Source: a virus (Duplodnaviria > Caudoviricetes). Taken from it: a DNA stretch of 64,000 nt. The first letter of the stretch is position 1. Each line of letters starts with the position of its first letter. Positions 8,541 to 17,359 of this stretch are shown here, piece after piece. The notes beneath the pieces were generated by a model. That model was not told the DNA's origin. It saw only the letters and a list, made by a program, of their open reading frames with translations, and did not search any database. The stretch spans positions 658-64,657 of IMG/VR virus record IMGVR_UViG_3300036985_005342. One strand, written 5' to 3'. Position numbers and translations under genes: made by a program.

Positions 8541-10804
8541 CATTTCAACCTCTTGAGATCCACTGAGAGCAAGACCCCGCGCAATGTCAGAAAACTATCG
8601 ACAGCAACATCGGGACTGACCTTGGAAAACACGCCAGACTTGCACAATGATTCGACAGCTTTCTCGAAAGCGGTCACGGCACCAAGCCGGTCACTGGCAA
8701 AGCTAGAATTGTTGATTACAAACTTCTTGAGGACGTGGAGAGGTATGAGATTCGCCTCCGGCGCAGTCTTCCGGTTGAAGCCCATCTTGAGCCGGTCGGC
8801 ATGTGGCAGTTTTGAGATCGTCTTGCACGCCTTCAGGATTTCAAGTTCCTGCTTTACTTGACCGGAACCGACCTCGCCTGTATCGAAGCGGGCTAGGATC
8901 GCAGCGTCAGTCTGCTCGACAAATCGGATCGCCCATAGGGCGTGTTCCTTGCGGATGAGGGGGGTGTGGAAATCCGCCGACACGGCGAGCAGGGTAGCGA
9001 TACGGACAACCTTGAGACCGGCGCGGTTGATGACCTCCTTCTTGGCCAAGCCCTCGGAACAAGCCATGATCTCGGCGCGTTTCGTGTTTCGGTAGTCCCG
9101 GAGGATCTCGCTGGCTTCCTTCGAGGACGCGACCGAATCGTAGTGACCAGTAGCATCCGCCGTGTCCATCATCAGCGCAAGCTGCTCCAGACGCTCCACA
9201 AGCTCTTGTGGCGGCTTTGCGCCGTGCCGGGGGTTCTCTTCCAACGACCAGCTCGAAAGCGGCACGTCGAGGAGAATGAAGCGTTGCAGGAATCCCGTGG
9301 CCAGTTCCCTTGTGGTCATCGACCCGTAGAGCGATTCCGGCGTGGCCTCCCCGGCTAAACTAAGGCAGGGACGCTCGATGCAAACCTTCTCGTCGCTTGA
9401 GTTGGCCTTGCGCCGACCTTCGGAGCTGCCGCCCTGTCCGGCAGAGTTGAAGGAGTTCAGCAACCCGCGTGAAAGGGTTTTCGTGTATTCCTGAGCGTTG
9501 GGGTTAGCAAGGTTCTTGAACGTGTCCCCGAACTCGGGGATGTATGAAATGTAGCGGAAGGTATCTTGAAACACCGTTTCCAGACCCGGCCCGGAAACGA
9601 TCTCGCCGCCAAAGATGCGCCGGATCGACGGGTTCTTCTTCGAGACCGCCGTGATGAGTCGCTTCATACCGTTCTGGTATTCATCCTTGCCGCAGGAAGT
9701 TCCACCCACGAGGACGAGCCACAGGTTGAGACCGGACTTCGTGGGGGTAAGAAAGCCGCGCCCCGCGATCCCACTCATCAACATGAGGGAGGCGAGAAGA
9801 GACGCTTCTTGGAGGGGCAGGTAGGATGTGGAGAATGAATACCGCGCCATGTCTTTGACCAAGCCGTCCGGTAAACTCTCGATCAGATTGTCGTTGCCCT
9901 TGGCGGGGATTACATCTACTACGTCCGTAGTAGTTTCCTCCGAGAAGTCAAGTTGAATCCGCTTATTCCGAGCCTCTTCGCGAGCTTGACTTGAACGGAT
10001 TTTCCTGATTGTCCTGTTCACATACCCGTCGAAGCCGTGACCCGCTTTCTTTGCGGCACGCTCTTCATTCCACATGCCGGAGTGACCGAAAAACCATCTC
10101 ACTTGATCGTTGGATTCGGTCAGATCGCAAAGCATCGCGATGAAAGCGTGGTCGGCTGTGGAGTGGTCGTTGTGAAACTCCTCGAACTGCTCCCAGCGTC
10201 CGCAGCATAGTTCGGAAAATTTCAGGAAACGGTCACAGCCCATGTCGAAGACGGTCTGGTCGGGGATCTGGGACTTGTATTCCACAAGCTCGACCTCGGC
10301 GTGGCCGTGACCGCCACCGAGCCAAGTGTGGATCGACTGGAGATCCGCATCATTTACTACGTTTATGGTAGATCGGCCATCTACTACGTCTCCAGTAAAT
10401 AGGCAGAAGCGGTTTTCTTTGAAGAGACCTGCCGCAGGGAAAGCGGGGTGCTTGCCGGAGCCGTTGAAGTTCCCCTTGCAAATGACGTGGACACCATGAC
10501 CGCCGACACTGCGCTGGGCGTATGAGGCGATACGCTCCAGAACCCGTTGCTGGTCTTCGTCATCGGGATCGTCCAAGTCGATGAAGACGTAGGGGTCGGT
10601 CGAAGCAAAGCAGAAGCCAAGATGCTGCCGCTTGCCGGATTCCACATCCTTCAACGCTGCGCGATAGGATCGCCAGTCGCGGGGGCGGTTGGATGCGGCC
10701 ATCGAGTCTGTTCCGGGTGTGTAGGGGACTTTTCTTGCCTCCTCAACATCGAAACAGACCCACTGCTGGAGCTTCTTCAGCTCCTCGGGGATGTGGTCAA
10801 ACAT
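8540..10804 (-). CDS. Primase-polymerase (NrS-1-like prim-pol N-terminus) with C-terminal DUF3987-like NTPase
   Basis: IPEELKKLQQWV, KVPY, VFIDLD, SVGGHGVHV, FCLFTG, DHSTADHAF motifs; P-loop-like GGTSCGKD. Confidence 0.85.
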   Translation of the reverse strand: MFDHIPEELKKLQQWVCFDVEEARKVPYTPGTDSMAASNRPRDWRSYRAALKDVESGKRQHLGFCFASTDPYVFIDLDDPDDEDQQRVLERIASYAQRSVGGHGVHVICKGNFNGSGKHPAFPAAGLFKENRFCLFTGDVVDGRSTINVVNDADLQSIHTWLGGGHGHAEVELVEYKSQIPDQTVFDMGCDRFLKFSELCCGRWEQFEEFHNDHSTADHAFIAMLCDLTESNDQVRWFFGHSGMWNEERAAKKAGHGFDGYVNRTIRKIRSSQAREEARNKRIQLDFSEETTTDVVDVIPAKGNDNLIESLPDGLVKDMARYSFSTSYLPLQEASLLASLMLMSGIAGRGFLTPTKSGLNLWLVLVGGTSCGKDEYQNGMKRLITAVSKKNPSIRRIFGGEIVSGPGLETVFQDTFRYISYIPEFGDTFKNLANPNAQEYTKTLSRGLLNSFNSAGQGGSSEGRRKANSSDEKVCIERPCLSLAGEATPESLYGSMTTRELATGFLQRFILLDVPLSSWSLEENPRHGAKPPQELVERLEQLALMMDTADATGHYDSVASSKEASEILRDYRNTKRAEIMACSEGLAKKEVINRAGLKVVRIATLLAVSADFHTPLIRKEHALWAIRFVEQTDAAILARFDTGEVGSGQVKQELEILKACKTISKLPHADRLKMGFNRKTAPEANLIPLHVLKKFVINNSSFASDRLGAVTAFEKAVESLCKSGVFSKVSPDVAVDSFLTLRGVLLSVDLKRLK
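9916..9933. promoter_or_regulatory. YTACY-N8-AGTAR palindrome inside prim-pol gene
   Basis: CTACTACGTCCGTAGTAG; reverse complement differs by 1 nt from the site at 1946. Confidence 0.6.
10354..10398. promoter_or_regulatory. Second tandem pair of the palindrome (27-bp period) inside prim-pol gene
   Basis: TTACTACGTTTATGGTAG (10354-10371) and CTACTACGTCTCCAGTAA (10381-10398). Confidence 0.6.
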
Positions 10805-11009
10805 TGTCGAGTGAGATAAAAGTTTTTCCTGTTAGCGCGATAGCGACTTTCTCCGCATCCTCGATGGACAACGGACGACCTTCCAGCTTCAAACTACGAA
10901 GGTTATAGTAGTTCACGTCGGCCTCTCGGGCGAGCGCGGAAAGGTTTACAGTGGGGTTTGAAATTTGTTCTCGCAGAGTCGCGAGAAGTAGGGTAGCGTT
11001 GGCAGACAT
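10797..11009 (-). CDS. Small HTH (Cro/XRE-like) regulator
   Basis: 70 aa from MSANATLL; NLSALAREADVNYYNLRSLK...LSIEDAEKVAIAL. Confidence 0.7.
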   Translation of the reverse strand: MSANATLLLATLREQISNPTVNLSALAREADVNYYNLRSLKLEGRPLSIEDAEKVAIALTGKTFISLDNV

Positions 11010-11135
11010 GACCGCCGATGTAAGCTGGAGAAAGGATTTTGGCAAGGGGAAAATTATTTTCATTTTTTTGCAATTTCTCTGTTGACAGTCCAAATGTCCC
11101 ATGATTAACTCCGCTCGTTCCAAGAACACTACCAC

Positions 11136-11522
11136 ATGAAAACAACACCGAAGAAGAAAGTAATCAAGCGTGATGACCTCGTCATCGCCCGTGACCGTTT
11201 GTTTGAACTCAAAGAGCTTCAGAACAGCGCACGGGAAGAAGAGCTGAAGATCCGCGAGTATCTCGCAGACAACCTCCACACCGCCGAAGAAGGTTCTAAG
11301 ACCTTCGACATCGACGGCGTGAAAGTCACCATTACCCGCACGCTCTCCCGCACCATCGGCCAGACCGAGGCGGAGGAGTTCTGCAAGCAGCACGGCGATC
11401 TTTCGCTGGAGTGCCTGCGGTGGAAGCCGGAAGTCAAGGTCTCGGGCTACAAGGCTCATCGTGAGATCCTTGACGAGTTCATCGTAACGAAGGCCGGTCC
11501 TCCTTCCGTCGCTTTCAAATAA
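11136..11522 (+). CDS. Conserved-type phage protein heading the recombination/replication operon
   Basis: 128 aa; coiled coil, EGSKTFDIDG and LRWKPEV motifs of a type seen beside Sak4/SSB modules; TTGACA at 11082. Confidence 0.7.
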   Translation: MKTTPKKKVIKRDDLVIARDRLFELKELQNSAREEELKIREYLADNLHTAEEGSKTFDIDGVKVTITRTLSRTIGQTEAEEFCKQHGDLSLECLRWKPEVKVSGYKAHREILDEFIVTKAGPPSVAFK

Positions 11523-11532
11523 TCTCAACAAC

Positions 11533-11917
11533 GGGGCTGTAATGGTTTCGACACAACACGATAGAATACATAAGCAAGTAGAGGTTGATCGGATGGCCTC
11601 TTTAAAAATCCGATCAAAACAAATAAAAGCAGACTCCAACGAGTTCGCTCCTTCCCTTGAGGAAGCCAACGCAATCCTCTCCTTCCACGGTTTCGTGGAG
11701 CGTGAGCTTGCCGCAGCCTGAAAGGTGAGGACACAACGCTCTCCGATACGCCCGCGCTACGGAGAGAAACAAACCGGGCAACCAACGCAACTCAGCGGCG
11801 TAAAGACTGAGTGGTGGAAGGTCGCCTAACCAGCGTCCCCAATGTCCGAAAGGACTAAGCTTGTAGAAAATGTATTTAACAGTGTTGTGAACGCGGGTTC
11901 GATCCCCGCCAGCTCCA
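11533..11917 (+). ncRNA. ssrA: tmRNA (one-piece) with 30-aa tag ADSNEFAPSLEEANAILSFHGFVERELAAA
   Basis: 5' GGGGCTGTAATGGTTTCGAC; acceptor GGGGCTG/CAGCTCC-A with G3.U; T arm GCGGG-TTCGATC-CCCGC; helix CACAACAC/GTGTTGTG; PK1 GAGG/CCTC + GATCGGAT/ATCCGATC; resume GCA at 11629, TGA 11719-11721. Confidence 0.95.
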
Positions 11918-11923
11918 AAAGTC

Positions 11924-11953
11924 TTGACAAGTCCATACGGCTCCGCTAAAACT
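11924..11953 (+). promoter_or_regulatory. Promoter of HNH gene (near-leaderless)
   Basis: TTGACA-N17-TAAAACT, 7 nt before ATG 11961. Confidence 0.6.
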
Positions 11954-11960
11954 AGCGGAC

Positions 11961-12416
11961 ATGAAAATTTGTGAACAGTGCGAAAAAACATACGCCCCAT
12001 CATCTAACCACAGAAAATGCCCCTCATGCAGAAAACAGAACAGCAAGATCAAATGTCCGCAGTGCGGCTTTCTTATGCAGCGCAACTCAACGTCGTGTTC
12101 CGCCTGTGTGGATCGCTCGGGAACGCTGAACGGAAACTGGAAAGGTGGGAACATCTATCACAAAAAAGGGTATGCTATGCGGGCGGTAAAAAACCACCCT
12201 TCGGGAAAACGATATGTTTTCGAGCATACTCTGGTAATGGAAGCGCATCTCGGACGCTCTCTTTTCGCCGGAGAAAATGTGCATCACATCAACGGCAAGA
12301 AAGACGACAACCGAATAGAAAATTTAGAGCTGTGGCGCAGGCCGCAACCTTCGGGGATCAGAGTAGCGGATGCTGTTAAATGGGCTAAAGAAATTTTAAG
12401 ACTTTACAGCAAATAA
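11961..12416 (+). CDS. HNH homing endonuclease with N-terminal Cys zinc-binding repeats
   Basis: YVFEHTLVMEAHLGR...VHHINGKKDDNRIENLEL; four CxxC; AT-richer than flanks. Confidence 0.9.
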   Translation: MKICEQCEKTYAPSSNHRKCPSCRKQNSKIKCPQCGFLMQRNSTSCSACVDRSGTLNGNWKGGNIYHKKGYAMRAVKNHPSGKRYVFEHTLVMEAHLGRSLFAGENVHHINGKKDDNRIENLELWRRPQPSGIRVADAVKWAKEILRLYSK

Positions 12417-12417
12417 C

Positions 12418-12438
12418 CGATCCTCCCCAGCTCCACCA
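12418..12438 (+). repeat. Displaced copy of tmRNA 3' end carrying CCA
   Basis: CGATCCTCCCCAGCTCCA-CCA vs CGATCCCCGCCAGCTCCA at 11900-11917 (16/18). Confidence 0.8.
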
Positions 12439-12460
12439 ACTTTCCAACAGTAAACATAAA

Positions 12461-12545
12461 GGGATCTCAGGATGAGAAGCGCAAAATAAGTTGATGTCGC
12501 GCAAACATCGACGTTAGGGTTAGTTCGATTCTAACCCGTCCCACC
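12461..12545 (+). ncRNA. Non-canonical tRNA-like RNA
   Basis: GGGAT/GTCCC-ACC ends, GGGTTAG-TTCGATT-CTAACCC T arm, 8-bp stem with 7-nt loop CGCGCAA, TCTCA/TGAGA hairpin. Confidence 0.55.
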
Positions 12546-12576
12546 TCTCTCAGCAACAATTAAGAAAACAACAACC

Positions 12577-13392
12577 ATGTCCACACTATCACTTAAATCC
12601 ATCACGCACGGCATTGTCGAGCGTCCACCACGTATGCTCATCCTCGGGGTCGAGAAGATCGGGAAGTCCAGCTTCGCTGCTGGCGCACCTAACGCGATCT
12701 TTATCCCCATCAAGAAGGAAGAGGGCATCGACTCCCTGAATGTCGCCAAGTTCCCCGCCGTTGATTCCTTTGACGGCCTGATCGAGGCAATCAAGCTCCT
12801 CGGCGAGGGCGGGCACGAGTTCAAGACAGTCGTGATCGACTCTGCCACCGCGCTTGAATACATCATCTGGGAGGCTGTCTGCGAGGAGAACCAAGTCGCC
12901 AGCATCGAGCTTGCTGGAGGCGGCTACGGCAAGGGCTACGGCTTCGCTCTCGACAAGTGGAAAACCCTCCTCGACTACCTCGACTACCTCAGAGACGAGT
13001 GCGCCATGTCCGTGATCTTCATCGGCCACGTCAAGGTGAAAACCTTCAACGACCCTGAACGTCCGTCCTACGACCAATACCAGTTCGACATTAACGAAAA
13101 GGTTGCACATCTCATCATGCGCTGGGCTGACTTCATCGGCTTCGCCAACAAGAACATCGGTGTGGTTGAAGAAAAGTCAGGCTTCAACAAGAAGATCATC
13201 AAGGGCGACGATGTTGACCCCGACACCAACTATCTTTTCACCAAGAAGACACCAGCTCACCCCGGCGGCGGGCGCGGTATCTACGGCCAGCTCCCATCGG
13301 AGATTCCCCTTTACTGGGATAGTCTCCAAGAAGAACTTAATGACCTTCGACAACCGAAGGTCAGCAAGAAAACAAAACAACAAACCAAATAG
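12577..13392 (+). CDS. Sak4-like (AAA_24) ATPase / ssDNA-annealing protein
   Basis: Walker A GVEKIGKS, Walker B VVIDS, GGYGKGY, IFIGH, WADFIGF. Confidence 0.85.
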   Translation: MSTLSLKSITHGIVERPPRMLILGVEKIGKSSFAAGAPNAIFIPIKKEEGIDSLNVAKFPAVDSFDGLIEAIKLLGEGGHEFKTVVIDSATALEYIIWEAVCEENQVASIELAGGGYGKGYGFALDKWKTLLDYLDYLRDECAMSVIFIGHVKVKTFNDPERPSYDQYQFDINEKVAHLIMRWADFIGFANKNIGVVEEKSGFNKKIIKGDDVDPDTNYLFTKKTPAHPGGGRGIYGQLPSEIPLYWDSLQEELNDLRQPKVSKKTKQQTK

Positions 13393-13404
13393 AACAACAC
13401 CAAT

Positions 13405-13935
13405 ATGTCATTTAACATTGATCGTAAAAAAACGGGCGGACTCTCCGCAGGCGGATTGAAACTCAAAGTCGGCAAGCACGCCTACGAGATCACCGCAGCG
13501 GAGTATCTGCCGAATAAGAGCGACCCCACAGGGAAGGAAAAGCAAGTCGTCGTCAGCCTCACCGATAGTGACGGCACGGCCAAGCTCTACCTCGCCGTGA
13601 ACGCTGCCAACGACAATCAGCAGGAGATCGCGCAAAAGACTCTCGTGAGTCTTTGCGATGCGGCTGGCTACACCGGCCCGATCAAGCCGGAAGCCCTCCG
13701 CAAGCTTGTCGGCAGCGTCGTCATCGTCGAAGCCCGCGAGACGCAGGGCAAGGGCGCGAACGCCTCCAAAACCTACGTCAACGTCGCCAGCATCGAAGCT
13801 GGGGAAAGCGACGACAAGGAGGAGGAAGAGACCGAGGAAGAGGAAACTGAGGAAGAATCCGAAGAGGAGGAATCCGAAGAGGAGGAGCCTGCTCCAGCTC
13901 CGAAGTCCGGTGCCAAGAAGAAACCTTGGGAGTGA
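13405..13935 (+). CDS. ssDNA-binding protein (DUF669-like) with acidic tail
   Basis: Follows Sak4; AQKTLVSLCDAAG, poly-Glu tail ending KKKPWE. Confidence 0.7.
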   Translation: MSFNIDRKKTGGLSAGGLKLKVGKHAYEITAAEYLPNKSDPTGKEKQVVVSLTDSDGTAKLYLAVNAANDNQQEIAQKTLVSLCDAAGYTGPIKPEALRKLVGSVVIVEARETQGKGANASKTYVNVASIEAGESDDKEEEETEEEETEEESEEEESEEEEPAPAPKSGAKKKPWE

Positions 13936-14052
13936 TCCCGCAGCGGGCGCGGATGCCGATACAAGCCGCCACTCCCCAGCGCGGGGACGAGACTTAATGA
14001 CAACTCGCTCGTAAAAATTGTTCCTTTGTCCGATTGACTGCCGTAAGCAGTC

Positions 14053-14142
14053 ACCACATTCCAGCACCCCTTTAGGTGTAACCCAGCCTCTCTCTGAGGG
14101 GACTCTCTGTGAAATCCAGTGAAGGGGGTGTTGGAGTGTGGT
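14053..14142 (+). ncRNA. Structured RNA: 21-bp closing stem around D-like and T-like arms
   Basis: 14053-14073 pairs continuously with 14122-14142 (3 G.U); inside AGGT-GTAACCCA-GCCT and CTCTG-TGAAATC-CAGTG. Confidence 0.55.
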
Positions 14143-14177
14143 AGGGCGTTCCCTGAAAAGAACAGTGACCACAAACA

Positions 14178-14255
14178 GAAGCGGCGGCGGGGGACACTCC
14201 CGAGATCGCAGGAGGTTAGTCACCTCTAGTGTCGGCAGACTACCGACCCGCTTCA
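14178..14255 (+). ncRNA. Cloverleaf tRNA-like RNA with non-standard loops
   Basis: GAAGCGG/CCGCTTC-A, CGGGGG/CTCCCG, GGAGGT/ACCTCT, GTCGG-CAGACTA-CCGAC stacked on the closing stem. Confidence 0.55.
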
Positions 14256-14273
14256 CCCACTTTCCAAACCACA

Positions 14274-14681
14274 ATGTTCAAAGATCTCCGCAAACCCGCA
14301 AAGCTCGCATGGCAGAAGTCCGAAGACTATCTGCAACAGGAGTGCGCCAAGTTCGCCAAGAAGGCTCTCTACAACGCCAAGCTCCCGCAGGTATTTCACG
14401 CCATCCCCAACGGGGGCAGGCGCACCCAGCGGGAAGCTGCGAAGCTGAAGCTGACCGGCGTGTTGCCGGGGGTTGCTGACACGTTCCTGCCGCTGAAATC
14501 CGACGAGTTCTCCGGCCTCTACATCGAGCTGAAGAAAGCCGGTGGCAGCATCAAACCAGAACAAAAAACCTTCCTCAACGCTGTCGCCGCAGAAGGCTAC
14601 CTCGCCGTTGTGGTCAATGACCTCGAAACTTTTCAAGCGGTGTTTACCGCTTACCTCAACGATAGAAAACAACAAATATGA
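14274..14681 (+). CDS. VRR-NUC domain nuclease (resolvase-like)
   Basis: HAIPNGG, GVLPGVAD, LYIELKK, PEQKTF motifs; start MFKDLRK. Confidence 0.9.
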   Translation: MFKDLRKPAKLAWQKSEDYLQQECAKFAKKALYNAKLPQVFHAIPNGGRRTQREAAKLKLTGVLPGVADTFLPLKSDEFSGLYIELKKAGGSIKPEQKTFLNAVAAEGYLAVVVNDLETFQAVFTAYLNDRKQQI

Positions 14682-14866
14682 AAATGACCAAATACCACAG
14701 TGAACATGTAGGGGCATACCAATGCAAAGGAGCAACCGGAAGCTGCGAAAATCCCAAAAACCGCTATTCCCCCGAGCAGGAAGCATGGCTCCGTGAGCGC
14801 AAGCTCTACACCGGGCGCATGATTGTTGACATCGCGCATCTTCCACCTGAACTGAAATTTCTGTAA
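14678..14866 (+). CDS. Small hypothetical protein
   Basis: 62 aa, coupled to both neighbours. Confidence 0.55.
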   Translation: MKMTKYHSEHVGAYQCKGATGSCENPKNRYSPEQEAWLRERKLYTGRMIVDIAHLPPELKFL

Positions 14867-15720
14867 TGCTCGACATCACGAAAATCCTCGAAGCCCTCGA
14901 CCGCTTCATCATGTCCAACCCGACTGAAGACTACCACGTCTTCATTGAGAAGGACGACCGCCAGCGGCCTTACCTTGGCCTGAGCGGCCTCGGTGAGAAG
15001 TGTCTGCGAAAAGTGTGGTATCAGTGGCGGCACGCGGCAAAGCCCGTGTTTCCGCCCCGGATGCTGCGCTTGTTCCGCAGGGGCGACCGGGAGGAGTTCG
15101 TGATGTGCTGGATGCTCCGTGGCATCGGCTTTGAGATTTTCGAGGTCGATGAGCAGGGCAAGCAATTCTCGGTGCGGGACTTCGAGAACCACCTCAAAGG
15201 TAATCTCGATGGGGTGGCGAAGATCCCCGCCGAGTTCTGGCTGTCAGGCCAGAAGCCAACCCCGCTGCTCACGGAATACAAGACCGTCAACGACAAGGGC
15301 TTTCAAAAGTTCGTCAAAGAGGGCGTAGAGAAAACAAACCCGAAATACTACGGCCAGATGCAGGGCTATTGCGGCTACATGGGGCTGAAAGGTGCGCTTT
15401 TCATTGCGGTCAACAAGAACGATGATGATCTCTACATCGAGTTTGTTCCTGCCAAGAAGAACAAGTTCTCCGCGCTCGTGGACAAGGCTCAGGCAGTCAT
15501 CGAGTCGCAGGAGCCGCCGGAGCGGATGAGTGAGATCGCTTCGCATTGGGAGTGTAAATTTTGCGACTTCCACGGGATTTGCCACAAGAAAGAACCCGCC
15601 CAGAAGCTTTGCCGGACGTGCAAGTTTGCTTCGCCTGCTGCCGGTGGGAGCTGGGCTTGTGCGAAGGGCAAGGAGTATGGTGAGGTTTGCAAGGACTACA
15701 AAGACATCACCAAGCAATGA
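14866..15720 (+). CDS. Cas4/RecB-like PD-(D/E)XK exonuclease with Cys cluster
   Basis: CLRKVWY, GNLDG, TEYKT, YYGQMQGY, CKFCDFHGIC, CRTC. Confidence 0.88.
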   Translation: MLDITKILEALDRFIMSNPTEDYHVFIEKDDRQRPYLGLSGLGEKCLRKVWYQWRHAAKPVFPPRMLRLFRRGDREEFVMCWMLRGIGFEIFEVDEQGKQFSVRDFENHLKGNLDGVAKIPAEFWLSGQKPTPLLTEYKTVNDKGFQKFVKEGVEKTNPKYYGQMQGYCGYMGLKGALFIAVNKNDDDLYIEFVPAKKNKFSALVDKAQAVIESQEPPERMSEIASHWECKFCDFHGICHKKEPAQKLCRTCKFASPAAGGSWACAKGKEYGEVCKDYKDITKQ

Positions 15721-17357
15721 CCTTCAACGACCGCCAATACCAAGACGACATTTACAATGCCGTCTTTGAATACCTCTTCGAGAAAGAAGGCAATCAGGTT
15801 GTCGCCAGCCCCGGCGGCACCGGCAAGTCGCACGTGATGAACCGAATCATCAAAACGCTTGTGACGAAGTGGCCGGGAACCCGCGTGATCTCCCTCGTGC
15901 ATGACGCGAAGGTGATCGGCCAGAATCACGCCTCCATGCTGAAGTATTGGCCGAAGGCTCCGGCAGGGGTCTATTCCGCTGGCCTCAAGCGCAAGGAAGC
16001 CCACTTCCCTATCACCTTCGCAGGGATTCAATCTGTGGCCAAGAAGGCCGAGCAGATCGGCAAGCTCCACATCATCATCGTCGATGAGTGCGATCTCGTA
16101 TCCCCCAAGGAGGAGACCCTTTACCAACGATTCATCACTGACTGTCAGAAGCTCAACCCCGCCCTCCGGGTCATTGGTTTCACCGCAACACCCTACCGCC
16201 TCGGTATGGGGTGCCTCACGAACAGCGACCTGTGGGACGAGATCAGCATTGACCTTACCCGCACCGAAAAATTCAACTGGTTCGTCGAACATGGATACCT
16301 GACCCCGCTGGTCACGAAGCGGGCTTGCGCCGAGATCGACATCACGAACATCTCGATGCGTGGCGGCGAGTTCGATGAGAAGGAAATGCAGGAAGCTGCC
16401 GACACCGACGAGCTGAACGCGGCTGTGGTTTCGGAGTGCATCAAATACGGCCATGACCGCAACCACTGGCTCGTATTTGCCTCCGGTGTAAAGCACGGCC
16501 ACAAGATCGCCAAGATGTTCAACGCCCGAGGCGTGCCCGCCGTGATGCTCTCCGGCGCGGACTCGATGGAATACCGTGAGGAGATGGAGGAACGCTTCCG
16601 TGCCGGTGAGTTCCGTGTGCTGGTCAACGTCGGTCTCTACGGACGCGGCTGGGACTTCCCTGCACTGGATCTAGTTGCTTGGGCACGAGCCACCCAGTCG
16701 GTCGCTTTGTGGGTGCAGGGTAACGTGAGGCTTACCCGCATCCATCCTGATAAGCGCAACGGCCTCGTGCTGGATTTTGCAGGTAACACCCGCCGCCTCG
16801 GGCCGGTCAATGATCCAGTTGTCCCCGCACCTCGGCGCAAGGGTCAGGACGTGAAGGGGGAGGCACCTGTCAAGGAGTGCCCCCAGTGTTACAGTTATCT
16901 CCACACGCGCACGATGGTTTGCCCAGATTGCGGCTATGTCTTTCCCCCGCCGAAGAGCATTGAGAAGAAAGCTGCTAACGAGGAAATTATGAAGCAGGCG
17001 GCTCCGGTCGAGCCTGTCATCGAAGAGTTTGTCCCTCTCGGCGTTAGGTTCAAGCCTATGGTTTCCAAGAAGGGTCTTTCCTATCTATCGGTCGGCTACT
17101 CCATAGGCACCTACACCTTCAACGAGGCCATCTTTTTCCATAGCGGCTCCATGCGCCATCTCAAGCTCTGGTGGGAACATCGTAGCGGAAAATTCCCGCT
17201 GCCCACATCCGCGCAAGAAGCCGCCGACCGTTCCGGCGAACTCCGCACGCCTTCCTTAATCCGTGTGGACGTGACCCCGCAGAATAAATATCCCAAAGTT
17301 TTGGGTTGCGAGTTCGGGGAAACCCCGGATGATGCCGACGACATTGAACCTTTCTAA
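15717..17357 (+). CDS. Superfamily 2 helicase (RadD/YejH-like) with zinc finger
   Basis: RQYQ, PGGTGKS, DECD, FTATPYR, GWDFP, LDFAGN, CPQC...CPDCG. Confidence 0.9.
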   Translation: MTFNDRQYQDDIYNAVFEYLFEKEGNQVVASPGGTGKSHVMNRIIKTLVTKWPGTRVISLVHDAKVIGQNHASMLKYWPKAPAGVYSAGLKRKEAHFPITFAGIQSVAKKAEQIGKLHIIIVDECDLVSPKEETLYQRFITDCQKLNPALRVIGFTATPYRLGMGCLTNSDLWDEISIDLTRTEKFNWFVEHGYLTPLVTKRACAEIDITNISMRGGEFDEKEMQEAADTDELNAAVVSECIKYGHDRNHWLVFASGVKHGHKIAKMFNARGVPAVMLSGADSMEYREEMEERFRAGEFRVLVNVGLYGRGWDFPALDLVAWARATQSVALWVQGNVRLTRIHPDKRNGLVLDFAGNTRRLGPVNDPVVPAPRRKGQDVKGEAPVKECPQCYSYLHTRTMVCPDCGYVFPPPKSIEKKAANEEIMKQAAPVEPVIEEFVPLGVRFKPMVSKKGLSYLSVGYSIGTYTFNEAIFFHSGSMRHLKLWWEHRSGKFPLPTSAQEAADRSGELRTPSLIRVDVTPQNKYPKVLGCEFGETPDDADDIEPF

Positions 17358-17359
17358 TT

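Noticed and set aside
10797-11669. 290-aa - strand ORF as annotated in the track
   Set aside because: Upstream part overlaps the tmRNA and the 11136 gene; only the last 70 codons (from ATG 11009) look like a real HTH protein
12461-14255. Canonical tRNA genes
   Set aside because: None has the full set of 7-bp acceptor, D-loop GG, U33 anticodon loop and TTC T-loop; reported as tRNA-like only
14866-15720. Cas4 as part of a CRISPR system
   Set aside because: Stand-alone phage exonuclease in a replication operon; no cas1/cas2 or array
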